This document shows, piece after piece, positions 52,201 to 63,068 of a stretch of DNA of 64,000 bases (position 1 is the first letter of the stretch; each line of letters begins with the position of its first letter). Source of the DNA: Eledone cirrhosa (lineage: Eukaryota); assembly GCA_964016885.1 (NCBI GenBank), contig OZ024741.1, positions 410,006,001-410,070,000 of the forward strand. The letters run 5' to 3'. The notes beneath the pieces are model-generated. The model made no database searches. It saw only the letters and a program-made list of their open reading frames with translations, and was not told where the DNA came from. Made by a program: the position numbers and the translations under genes.

Positions 52201-54511
52201 GTCTTACATTAGAAATATGGTAGTTAAAGGGTTAAACAACATAGACAGTGTCTTACATTAGAAATATAGTAGTTAAAGGGTTAAACAACAGAGACAGTGT
52301 CTTACATTAGAAATATGGTAATGGAAGGGTTAAACAACATAGACAGTGTCTTTCATTAGAAATATGGTAATGAAATGTTTAAACAACATAGAGAGTGTCT
52401 TACATTAGAAATATGGTAGTGAAAGGGTTAAACAACAGAGACAGTGTCTTACATTAGAAATATGGTAATGAAAGGGTTAAACAACATAGAGAGTGTCTTA
52501 CATTAGAAATATGGTAGTTAAAGGGTTAAACAACATAGACAGTGTCTTACATTAGAAATATGGTAGTTAAAGGGTTAAACAACAGAGACAGTGTCTTACA
52601 TTAGAAATATGGTAATGGAAGGGTTAAACAACATAGACAGTGTCTTTCATTAGAAATATGGTAATGAAAGGTTTAAACAACATAGAGAGTGTCTTACATT
52701 AGAAATATGGTAGTGAAAGGGTTAAACAACAGAGACAGTGTCTTACATTAGAAATATGGTAATGAAAGGGTTAAACAACATAGACAGTGTCTTACATTAG
52801 AAATGTGGTAATGAAAGGGTTAAACAATATAGACAGTGTCTTACATTAGAAATATGGTAATGAAAAGGTTAAACAACATAGACAGTGTCTTTCATTAGAA
52901 ATATGGTAATGAAAGGGTTAAACAATATAGGCAGTGTCTTTCATTAGAAATATGGTAATGGAAGGGTTAAATAACATAGACAGTGTCTTACATTAGAAAT
53001 ATGGTAATGAAAGGGTTAAACAACAGAGACTGTTACATTAGAAATATGGTAATGAAAGGGTTAAACAACATAGACAGTGTCTTTCATTAGAAATATGGTA
53101 ATGGAAGGTTTAATGACATAGACAGTGTCTTACATTAGAAATATGTTAATGGGAGGGTTAAACAACATAGACAGTGTCTTACATTAGAACTATTGCAATG
53201 AAAGGGTTAAACAACATAGACAGTGTCTTTAATTAGAAATATGGTAATGAAAGGGTTAAACTACATAGACAGTGTCTTTCATTAGAAATATGGTAATGAA
53301 AGGGTTAAATAACATAGACAGTGTCTTACATTAGAAATATGGTAATGAAAGGGTTAAACAACATAGACAGTGTCTTTCATTAAAAATATGGTAATGAAAT
53401 GGTTAAACAACATAGAGAGTGTCTTACATTAGAAAAATGGTAATGAAAGGGTTAAACAATATAAACAGTGTCTTACATTAGAAATATGGTAATGAAAGGG
53501 TTAAACAACATAGACAGTGTCTTTCATTAGAAATATGGTAATGAAAGGGTTAAACAATATAGACAGTGTCTTACATGAGAAATATGGTAATGAAAGGGTT
53601 AAACAACATAGACAGTGTCTTACATTAGAAATATGGTAGTGAAAGGGTTAAACAACATAGACAGTGTCTTTCATTAAAAATATGGTAATGAAATGGTTAA
53701 ACAACATAGAGAGTGTCTTACATTAGAAATATGGTAATGAAAGGGTTAAACAATATAGACAGTGTCTTACATTAGAAATATGGTAATGAAAGGGTTAAAC
53801 AACATAGACAGTGTCTTTCATTAGAAATATGGTAATGAAAGGGTTAAACAATATAGACAGTGTCTTACATTAGAAATATGGTAGTGAAAGGGTTAAACAA
53901 CATAGACAGTGTCTTTCATTAGAAATATGGTAATGAAAGGGTTAAACAATATAGACAGTGTCTTACATGAGAAATATGGTAATGAAAGGGTTAAACAACA
54001 TAGACAGTGTCTTACATTAGAAATATGGTAGTGAAAGTGTTAAACAACATAGACAGTGTCTTACATGAGAAATATGGCAATGAAAGGGTTAAACAACATA
54101 GACAGTGTCTTACATTAGAAATATGTTAATAATAATAAGGAGAAATAAAAATATGGAGAATTATAAATTGCAATACTTTGCGAGATCATTGATTTACTTT
54201 TTCTGTAATTTTCAGGAATTACATCTAAAGTTAAATAAGACCAACAAAACAATTTACACCTTTAGGTTGTACTTCACAACATTTTGAGGTTAACAGCTCC
54301 TTTCCAAAAGACAGAAAATACAGTGTGGTGGTCATGATAGGCAGGACCTTTGAAAAAAAACCGATCCCAACCCTGAAATATTGTGAAATACGAGGTAAAT
54401 TTGTAAACTGTTGTTTCTTTTTATCCTTTATTCTAATTTTCATTCCTGTATTTCAAACTTACAGAAGAACTATATTTTATAAAAGTTCAATAAAATATAT
54501 AAATATACATA

Positions 54512-54702
54512 CGAGGGCAATCCCAAAAGTAAGGTCTCCTTCTGATATTGCAACTTCCGATATTGCAACTTTTCCGTTAAAATCCTGTGCATGGTGCTTC
54601 GGGAAATTTCAGGAACCAAAATGCAGAGAGCATCCAGAGTGATCCGCCGATCTTTACGCGTGTTTTCCTCGGAAGGAGACCTTACTTTTGGGATTGCCCT
54701 CG
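54512..54702. mobile_element. 191-bp mariner-type MITE
   Basis: Perfect 31-bp TIRs CGAGGGCAATCCCAAAAGTAAGGTCTCCTTC, with TA on both flanks. Confidence 0.92.
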
Positions 54703-54706
54703 TATA

Positions 54707-54920
54707 TAATAACTGCGCGAAATTTGCACTTGGCGATAGCGTTCAACAGGAGCTCCATTCTCAACGGCTGCCAAACCAAGATTGAGCATCCCAGCGAAGG
54801 GTGCGCATGCTTGTTTGGGAGTGAAGGATGCACCAATCACAACAGTGTTGCCAACAGCCGTATAAACAGTTTCTCTGCGTCCCCATCGCTTTGGAGACCT
54901 TACTTTTGGGATTACCCTCG
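54707..54920 (-). mobile_element. 5' end of a mariner element of the same TIR family (TIR, leader, first transposase codons)
   Basis: A third TIR copy lies at 54893-54920 followed by TA. The minus strand encodes MELLLNAIAKCKFRAVI, resembling a mariner transposase N-terminus, and is cut off at the MITE. Confidence 0.7.
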
Positions 54921-55565
54921 TATATATATATATATAATTTATCACATAATATTAAAGCATAATTAACTATATATTTAAAAAAAATATATATAAAAAGAAC
55001 CATATTAACTATTAAATACTTTTCTATTCAATAATTTCAACATCTAACTATAAAAAATAAACAGTAGCTTACCTTACAAATTCTATAATCTAAAGTTTTC
55101 CACTTTATTATTGTATCTCTATAATATTATTCCTGTCTTAACAGAATATTTTATCCTGATACAATATAAACTTTGGATTTAATACCTATCTATAGTGATT
55201 ATAAATGAAATTACGACTGAATAAAGGTCAATTTTTGTTTTGTATTTTTCTGACCAATCTAATTACACTATATTTTAAATAATTTATGAAACCTTTAAAC
55301 CAACTGTGATGTTTTCTCCCAAAATCATGTAACACCCTTGCATACTGAGGTTTTTCTAGTCATATGCCTGGTGGTCATCAATCTGTCCAGTTCGTTTGTT
55401 TACCAGCATATCAGGAAAATATTATACATTCTCTAAATATTTTGTCTGAGGAGAACATGTTTTGCTTTATGTTAGACATAAAACTTTACATCTTCGAAAT
55501 ATATATAATGAAATAAATAGAGATGATATAAAGTATATATCTTTCATTTATTATTATTATTATTA

Positions 55566-57467
55566 CAGTTGCATTTATCTTGCTTTATGTTCATACGAGT
55601 TATCACCAAGTCACAACCAGTGACCTCAAGAGACAACAAGGTCCGCCATGTTCAAGAAAGAACATACATACTCACACATGCATCTTTAGTGTTTAGACTT
55701 GTGATGTACTTATATTGACAGAATCTTCCTTCGTATATGGGCAGTTCCCATTAGTACTATCTTTTGTATTTCTCCTATACGCGGGTTTCCTGGGATTTGC
55801 GATAAGTAATCATTAGACCCCTTAGGTATCATTCCCAGAGCGCCTACAACCACTGGTATTGTTTTAGTTCTCAATTTCCACATTTTTCCAATTTCTATCT
55901 CCAGGTCCTTATACTTGCTCAATTTTTCAAATGTTTTTATAGATACATTCTTGTCTATTGGAACAGACATATCAATTAGCAGGCATACCCTCTTTTTAAA
56001 GTCCTTCAATATTATATCGGGTCTATTTGCATCTATTTTTCGGTCTGTTTGGATGCTAAAGTTCCACAAGATTGAGATGTGATCTTTTTCAAGTATGGGA
56101 GGTGGTTGATGCTCCCACCAATTCTTTTGATGGGGCAGGTCAAAACGCTTACACATTATCCAATGTATGTATTGTGCAGCTCTGTCATGCCTGTTTAGGT
56201 ATTCGGTTGGAGCTATAGGACTGCACATTGAAATTATATGGTCAATGGTCTCTGGTTGTTTTTTGCATACACGGCATAATGGGCTGCATCCATTTTTTAT
56301 TATGTTGGCTTGGTAATTTTTTGTTGGCAGACACTGATCTTGTGCTGATATAATCAGTCCTTCAGTCTCCGATTTCAGTCCAGAGGATGCCAACCACTGA
56401 TGGGTTAAAGTTTTGTCAACATCAGGATTGTTAGCTTGTTCTGGGTATTTTCTATACAGAGGCTTTGCTTGCCATTTCTTAGCCAGTTTCTGTAGCAGTT
56501 CTTTCTTTGCAGTTACTTTTACCTGCTTTGCTTTTTCTGTGTTTTCCATTTCAGCAGTAAATGGGACTTCTGAGATTTGTAGTCCATTACTGTATCTTTG
56601 TGCATCTTTTGTAATGGAATATGATCTTTTGATGCTTTCGTGTTTCAAAACGAGTTTGATCATCCAATCATGTGATTCCCTTAGATATGTAGATAATCCA
56701 ATTGTTGCAGTTTTCAACGCAATGTCTAACTGGATTAACCCACGTCCTCCTTCTTTCCTAGGGAGATATATTCTATCTGTATCTGCCTTAGGGTGATGCA
56801 TTCTGTGCATGGTTAAGAATTTTCGAATTTTTGTATCGAGCCTACGGATCTCTGTGCTTGACCAGTTGATGACATTGTAACTGTAGGTTACTACTGGTAT
56901 GGCAAGCGTGTTTATGGCATCGATCCTATTCCTTGCATTCAATTCTGTTCTTAAGATTGCTCTGACTCTGCGGTAACATTCCTTCCTTATCCTTTCCCTC
57001 ATTGTCGAGTGCTTGATTCCGTCTCCTTCACAAACACCTAGATATTTGTAAGTTTTTTCTTGATCAAGTTCTCTTATCACGTTCCCCCGATCAAGATTAA
57101 TGTTTGAACTCTTCAGCAGCTTTCCTCTGGTGAACGTTGCTTTGGCGCATTTATCCAGTCCAAACTCCATTTTAATGTCATCACTGAACTGCTCCACAGT
57201 GGATAATAGCCCTTGCAATTGTTCATCATTTTTTGCAAATAGTTTCAGGTCATCCATGTAGAACAGGTGATTAATGGTTTTGTCATAGACTCTATATCCA
57301 TGTTTTGTTTCATTGAGCATTTTACTTAATAGTATAAGTGCGATGCAGAATAAAAGCGGTGATAAAGAGTCACCCTGAAAAATTCCCCAATTAATATTAA
57401 CTTCTCCAGCTTCCAGTGATTTTGTTTCACTATTCAAAAGGAGTGTCGTTTTCCATGTCTTCATACA
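55566..57467 (-). mobile_element. R4/Dong-type non-LTR retrotransposon (RT + CCHC + restriction-like endonuclease), 5'-truncated, in a (TAA)n microsatellite
   Basis: The frame is open from 57464 to 55710, with GIFQGDSLSPLLF, YMDDLKLF, YKYLG, CRVC..ETIDHIISMC and RPDIILKD..LIDMSVP...KLSKY. (TTA)n lies on both sides (55548-55565 and 57468-57510), matching the known Dong target. The first ~90 aa of the listed ORF are SINE/microsatellite read-through. Confidence 0.88.
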
Positions 57468-57520
<53 letters not shown>

Positions 57521-57911
57521 GGTGCATGGCTTGCAATCGAAAGGTTGTGAGTTCAATTCTCAGACCGGGAGATGTGTTGTTTCCTTGAGCAAGACACTTT
57601 ATTTCACATTGCTCCAGTTTACTCAGCTGTAGAAATGAGATGATAGGACTGGGGTCCCTATCATTCCACTGCAAAAAAGCACCCAGCCCACATTGTAAAG
57701 TGGACCTGTAGGTGCCACAGAAAAAAAGCACCCAGCACTCGCTGTAAATGAGGTTGGTGTTAGGAAGGGCATCTAGCTGTAGAAATCAAGCCAGAATCAG
57801 TTCCCGTATGAGCAAGACAAGGTCAGCTGACCGGACACTGCTCACAACAGGACAACCCGTCTAACCCATGCTAGCATGGAAGAACGGACGTAAAACGGTG
57901 ATGATGATGAT
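57521..57911 (+). mobile_element. tRNA-derived SINE sharing its 3' ~240 bp with the RTE copy E 3' UTR
   Basis: The head is as in 14223-14528. The tail AAAAAAGCACCCAGCCCAC...CTAACCCATGCTAGCATGGAAGAACGGACGTAAAACGGTGATGATG matches 30966-31205. Confidence 0.88.
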
Positions 57912-58046
57912 ATATATATATAATCTCTTATTTTAATAAATATTTGCTCTAGGGTCTTTTATATTTGATATATATTTATCCTTATCGAACCCTCTTTGGA
58001 TTTTAGTCTTCGCATTTATTATTATTACTATTATATATATATATAT

Positions 58047-58372
58047 ACATGAATGTGTTGAGAGAGAAACTGTGTCTGAGAGGGATAGAATGTAGTGTGC
58101 GAGAGAGGAAACTGCGGTGGTATGGACATGTGATGCGCATGGAGGATGACCGATGGGTAAAGAAGTGCCAGGAAATGCCAATTGAAGGAAGACGAGGTAG
58201 AGGAAGACTAGGAAAAACATGGGCGGAGGTGGTGAGAACAGACCTCAGATCACTGAAACTCACGGTGGAGATGACGAAGGACCGTGACAAGTGGAGAGAT
58301 GCTGTGCTGAATAAGACCCGTCCCACCCTTGCAAGCAGGGAAAAGCGGATGTAAAATGATGATGATGATGAT
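58047..58372 (+). mobile_element. RTE LINE 3' fragment (copy F, same family as C)
   Basis: ORF 58049-58354 (RERKLRWYGHVMRMEDDRWVKKC) followed directly by (GAT)n. Confidence 0.9.
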
Positions 58373-58577
58373 ACCTTAGTTTTCACTCCTACATTTCTAA
58401 CACTTACATTGTACTGGTTTTCCCCGAAAACAGTCCAGTCCTAACCCCTATTTCACAATGATTCATATAAACCATATTTCTTCTGGGGTTAGTGAAAGAA
58501 GAATCAGTTATGAAATAAATAAAAAAAAAATGGATCTAAAGTTAATATTGTTAATTGAAAGTAAATCTGTTACCTAC

Positions 58578-58666
58578 TCATACATTTCCACATTGTCATT
58601 CCTCTTAGCTCTTCTTTTCAGCTCATCAATGACAGTATCAATACAGCTGTGTACTAGAGATGACAT
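58578..58666 (-). CDS. Cytochrome P450 (CYP3 clan) exon equivalent to CYP3A exon 6: MSSLVHSCIDTVIDELKRRAKRNDNVEMY(D)
   Basis: Acceptor tttaag| and donor GA|gtaggt. The exon is 89 bp, phase 0 to 2, the same length and phases as CYP3A exon 6. It supplies the M completing the FTSAKIRK-M motif. Confidence 0.85.
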
Positions 58667-58847
58667 CTTAAATGACACACAAACAATAAACTGTAAAACA
58701 ATCATCAATAATTGCTGCCCCAGCATGTCCCCAGCCTCTCTGCTGGAACATGTGATAGAGTAAAAGGGTAATAAATAATCAATCATTTATTCAGTAGTTT
58801 TATCTTGAAAGTATTCAATTTTTATTTTGTCCCTCCTGAACTAAATA

Positions 58848-60019
58848 TCTATACATAAATATAAAACTGTAGTTGTCTGTGTGTGTGTCCTCATTTTTGC
58901 AAAGTCTATACAAATCCACATTTCTACTCTGATTGACTTCAAACTTGCATTTATATATTCCTTGTGGCCTAAAGATATTAACTGCAGCTTTTATTTTTCA
59001 ATTTTCTGTTGTTAAAGGAGTGTTAGGCACCGGTTATCGATCTCTGTCACGCCCTTATAATATCTGTCTGTATGTGTGGCTGTCTGCATTATGACATTAT
59101 GATAAACATTGATGACTTATTATGTTCGCTATTTTCCATTCATTGCTAGGGAACGTCTTCATGAACCAAAGTATCGTCTTCCTGTTTTCCTTCGGTTGCA
59201 ACGTTTTTCGAAATATTTACTTCTGCGTTCACAGATTGATTTTTTTAGTTTCAGAAGATCCCGTTAAGGGTGAAAGCAGCGATTCTTTGCTTAAACTTTA
59301 ATCTGTTATTTTAATATATAATATAAGTGAGGCAAGCCAGCCCAGTTGCCACTTCTTGCCAATAAACATTAACCCTTTGTGCGCCATTCATCTAACTGTA
59401 GACCAACAAATACCAACTAAACGGAGCGTTGACAAGAACGATGGCGAATGAATCTTCGAGGTAAGCAGTTTCCTCCTGAGCCGTTAGTTCATGCGGGATT
59501 CTCTGCTACACCTTTTCGTAATAATACCAAACAACGTACTGCTGGTCACTCCTTCCTCCAAAAGCCGTACAAAGCGGACATGTGCATCGGGCAGATGGAT
59601 CGGGTGCAAATCTACACCAGGCCTACGCGAGAAATTCGCAAGGGACTGCACCGAGAGGGGTAGAAAGAAATAGTAACTTAGTTACAAGAGTGCGAATGAA
59701 CTTTTGAGGTAAGTAGCCTACGCCTTACTGCTATGACACTGGAACCTTCTGCCAACTTAACCTGTGACTTTCTCTTTCATATTGACTCTAATAGGCCAAA
59801 GCAGAGGAGTATGAAAAGAAGGGGCTCAACAATATTTCTATGAACAATGCACGTAGACAGCTAAACTGTACTTTCAACTTATTAATTTTCTCCAAATAAA
59901 ACAAGTTTCTTGTCGGTATATTTTCGTGAGTTTTTAACAGGCACTCACAAATAAACGTTTCTCATTGGACGTGTTATTACCAATGTTCTTACCCGTGCAA
60001 CGCCGGGATACACTGCTAG
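58848..60019 (+). mobile_element. Non-autonomous Helitron, ~1.17 kb
   Basis: It starts A|TCTATACATAAATATAAAACTG and ends with a GC hairpin CCCGTGCAACGCCGGG (59992-60007) followed by CTAG|T. It is inserted between A and T with no TSD. Confidence 0.78.
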
Positions 60020-60029
60020 TATTAACTAA

Positions 60030-60390
60030 AGTGGTTGTATTGGTGACATGACAAAAAGCACCCAGTCGACTCTGTAACGTTGTGCTGGTGACATAACAAA
60101 AAGCACCCAGTCCACCCTGATATGTGGTCATGCTGGTGACAACAAAAAGCACCCAGTCCACCCTGTAAGGTAGTTGTGCTGACCATACAATAAAAAGTAC
60201 CCCGTCCACTCTATCAGTTGGTTATTTTATGGCCACAGTAAAAAGCACTCAGTCCACCCTGTAAATATGGTTGGCATTAGAAAGGGCATACAGAAACAGT
60301 TTCGTATTATCAAGACATGGTTACCTGATCTGACTTGTTTCACAACAGACTTCATACTCCTCATGCAGTTATAGTTAAGGAAATGATGTA
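60030..60390 (+). repeat. Degenerate RTE/SINE 3'UTR remnant with about five tandem ~43-bp AAAAAGCACCCAGTCCACCCTG modules
   Basis: The module matches the duplicated AAAAAGCACCCAG unit of the RTE E and SINE tails, and is followed by GGTTGGCATTAGAAAGGGCAT. Confidence 0.7.
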
Positions 60391-60445
60391 TGACTAGCTA
60401 TCCCCTCCTGGCACCAACCTTTTTAGTCCTTTCTTAAAGCATAGA

Positions 60446-61460
60446 CACATACAGTGTACCTATTCTAAACTGGGTACATACAGGGATACAGTGTACCTAT
60501 TGTAAACCAGATATACACAGGGATACAGTGTACCTATTGTAAACCAGATATACACAGGGATACAGTGTACCTATTGTAAACCAGATACACAGGGATACAG
60601 TGTACCTATTGTAAACCAGATATACACAGGGATACAGTGTACCTATTGTAAACCAGATATACAGGGATACAGTGTACCTATTGTAAACCAGATACACACA
60701 GGGATACAGTGTACCTATTGTAAACCAGATATACACAGGGATACGGTGTACCTATTGTAAACCTGATATACACAGGGATACAGTGTACCTATTGTAAACC
60801 AGATATACACAGGGATACAGTGTACCTATTGTAAACCAGATACACAGGGATACAGTGTACCTATTGTAAACCAGATATACAGGGATACAGTGTACCTATT
60901 GTAAACCAGATACACACAGGGATACAGTGTACCTATTGTAAACCAGATATACACAGGGATACAGTGTACCTATTGTAAACCTGATATACACAGGGATACA
61001 GTGTACCTATTGTAAACCAGATATACACAGGGATACAGTGTACCTATTGTAAACCAGATATACACAGGGATACAGTCTACCTATTGTAAACCAGATACAG
61101 ACAGGGATACAGTGTACCTATTGTAAACCAGATATACACAGGGATACAGTGTACCTATTGTAAACCTGATACACGCAGGGATACAGTGTACCTATTGTAA
61201 ACCAGATATACACAGGGATACAGTGTACCTATTGTAAACCAGATATACACAGGGATACAGTGTACCTATTGTAAACCTGATACACGCAGGGATACAGTGT
61301 ACCTATTGTAAACCAGATATACACAGGGATACAGTGTACCTATTGTAAACCAGATATACACAGGGATACAGTGTACCTATTGTAAACCAGATATACACAG
61401 GGATACAGTGTACCTATTGTAAACCAGATATACACAGGGATACAGTGCACCTATTGTAAA
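60446..61460. repeat. 37-bp minisatellite (with 35-bp variants), about 28 copies, intronic
   Basis: Monomer ACACAGGGATACAGTGTACCTATTGTAAACCAGATAT. Confidence 0.97.
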
Positions 61461-61523
61461 TGGCGTAACCACAGCCCCTATGAATGGAAGAAAAAAAAGA
61501 ATAGTTCTAAAAATCCAAGAAAC

Positions 61524-61649
61524 CTTTCTTATTTTAGCTGATGTGAAAGCTGGATTGCTAATAGCCCGGAGACGTTTCCATCTGTCACCACGAGCAAAAA
61601 ACATGTGGACTTCATCATCTTTATCTGGATCAACTTGGACTGGAAAAAC
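61524..61649 (-). CDS. Cytochrome P450 (CYP3 clan) exon equivalent to CYP3A exon 5: VFPVQVDPDKDDEVHMFFARGDRWKRLRAISNPAFTSAKIRK
   Basis: Acceptor tttttag| and donor AAG|gtttct. The exon is 126 bp, phase 0-0. It has the C-helix WxxxR motif and P.FTS.K as in CYP3A (WKRLRSLLSPTFTSGKLKE). Confidence 0.93.
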
Positions 61650-61796
61650 CTAAAAATAGATGTGTAGAAACTTTAAGATTGCTATATTGATGGACTGAAT
61701 AGAAGCTTAATCTGCTTTAGTAAATTAAAGTTCTATCATGTTTGTCTGACCTCTTTAGAAAAGATAATGTTAATAGACTGAAGTTTCAGATGTTAC

Positions 61797-61893
61797 CTTT
61801 CTAGCATGGAAAACATTAAACCTTTTCACCAACACTTGTTCTAGGATATCCAGGTCAGCTGTTACCAAGACAGGCCGAAGACCTTCAAAGTAA
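61797..61893 (-). CDS. Cytochrome P450 (CYP3 clan) exon equivalent to CYP3A exon 4: (G)YFEGLRPVLVTADLDILEQVLVKRFNVFHARK
   Basis: Acceptor tcaacag| and donor AAG|gtaaca. The exon is 97 bp, phase 2 to 0. It resembles CYP3A [34 protein letters not shown]. Confidence 0.92.
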
Positions 61894-61998
61894 CTGTTGA
61901 AGATAATAATAATAATAAGAAGAAGAAGAATGTTGGTAATGATGATAAATAAATGATCTGAGAATTGATATTGTTAAAGAAGGAATATATTCTAGCAA

Positions 61999-62012
61999 TC
62001 TCTCTCTCTCTC

Positions 62013-62064
<52 letters not shown>

Positions 62065-62137
62065 CCTCTCTCTCTCTCTCTCCCTCCCTCCTCTCTCTCT
62101 CCCCCTCTCTCCCCCCTCTCTCTCTATATATATATAT
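61999..62137. repeat. (CT)n then (TA)n microsatellite
   Basis: Direct reading. Confidence 0.95.
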
Positions 62138-62919
62138 ATGAAAACAAGGAGAAAAAGACGATTATTAGGAAGAAAAATTTTCTTTTTCCCTTTTTATTTA
62201 TTTCTCTCTTTTTTTCTGGGTTAGAAAATGATTAAAACGAAATATTTTACTTTGTGTGAAGTGTTAAGGTATTAGTTAATTTATTTATTAATTAACAATG
62301 GCATTTATTTATTTATTGATATATTTAATAATTGTCTATTACCGGTTTCAGCATTTTTATGCATTATCAAATGATAATATGTATTGGTGTAGAATGGTGG
62401 TGTTGGACATGTTAAAGAAATGGTGCAGAAAGAATAATGTTATTTACAAACAAGGTTTATGAAGTGAAAAGAAAAAAGAAAAAAAGGACGTAATGTGGAG
62501 CATAAGTCAATGTAAAAGAAAAAATAATGTTATTTACAGGCATAGTTCTTGAAGATAAGCAGATCAAAATGTGTTAATATAGCAAGAGTGCTTAGTTGAT
62601 CCATGATGGAGGCAAATGGTGGAGTCCACCATTTGTCTTTAACATGTCCAACACCACCATTCTACACCAATACATATTATTATCATTTGATAATGCATAA
62701 AAATGCTGAAACCGGTAATAGACAATTATTAAATATATCAATAAATAAATAAATGCCATTGTTAATTAATAAATAAATCAACTAATACCTCAACACTTCA
62801 CACAAAGTAAAATATTTCGCTTTAATCATTTTCTAACCCAGAAAAAAGAGAGAAATAAATAAAAAGGGAAAAAAAATTTTTTTTCTTCCTAATAATCGTC
62901 TTTTTCTCCCTGTTTTCAT
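62138..62919. mobile_element. Fold-back element with ~290-bp inverted arms and a ~200-bp spacer, probably inverted Penelope-like pLTRs
   Basis: 62138-62425 is the near-exact reverse complement of 62627-62919, and both ends lie in (TA)n. Each arm has a degenerate minimal hammerhead TTGATAA-T-GCAT-AAAA-ATGC-T-GAAACCGGTA. Confidence 0.75.
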
Positions 62920-62965
62920 ATATATATATATATATATATCCTAACTCGTGTGCTTCCTCTCCACA

Positions 62966-63068
<103 letters not shown>

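Larger units (their letters stand above)
17549..54130. repeat. 49-bp satellite array, ~30 kb net, roughly 600 copies, interrupted by three retroelement insertions
   Basis: Monomer AACATAGACAGTGTCTTACATTAGAAATATGGTAATGAAAGGGTTAAAC, with period 49 (e.g. 17641 to 17690). It is interrupted at ~19436-20288, 23174-27463 and 29986-31205. Confidence 0.98.

Noticed and set aside
17549-54130. Telomeric repeat suggested by GGGTTA in the monomer
   Set aside because: There is a single GGGTTAA per 49 bp and no (TTAGGG)n run. A piggyBac-like terminus explains it better.
57468-57731. N-terminal ~90 aa (poly-Ile 'membrane' segment) of the 673-aa ORF
   Set aside because: It is encoded by an antisense SINE and the (TAA)n target tract, not by the retrotransposon.
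60497-60736. Repetitive 79-aa ORF
   Set aside because: It is a translation of the 37/35-bp minisatellite.
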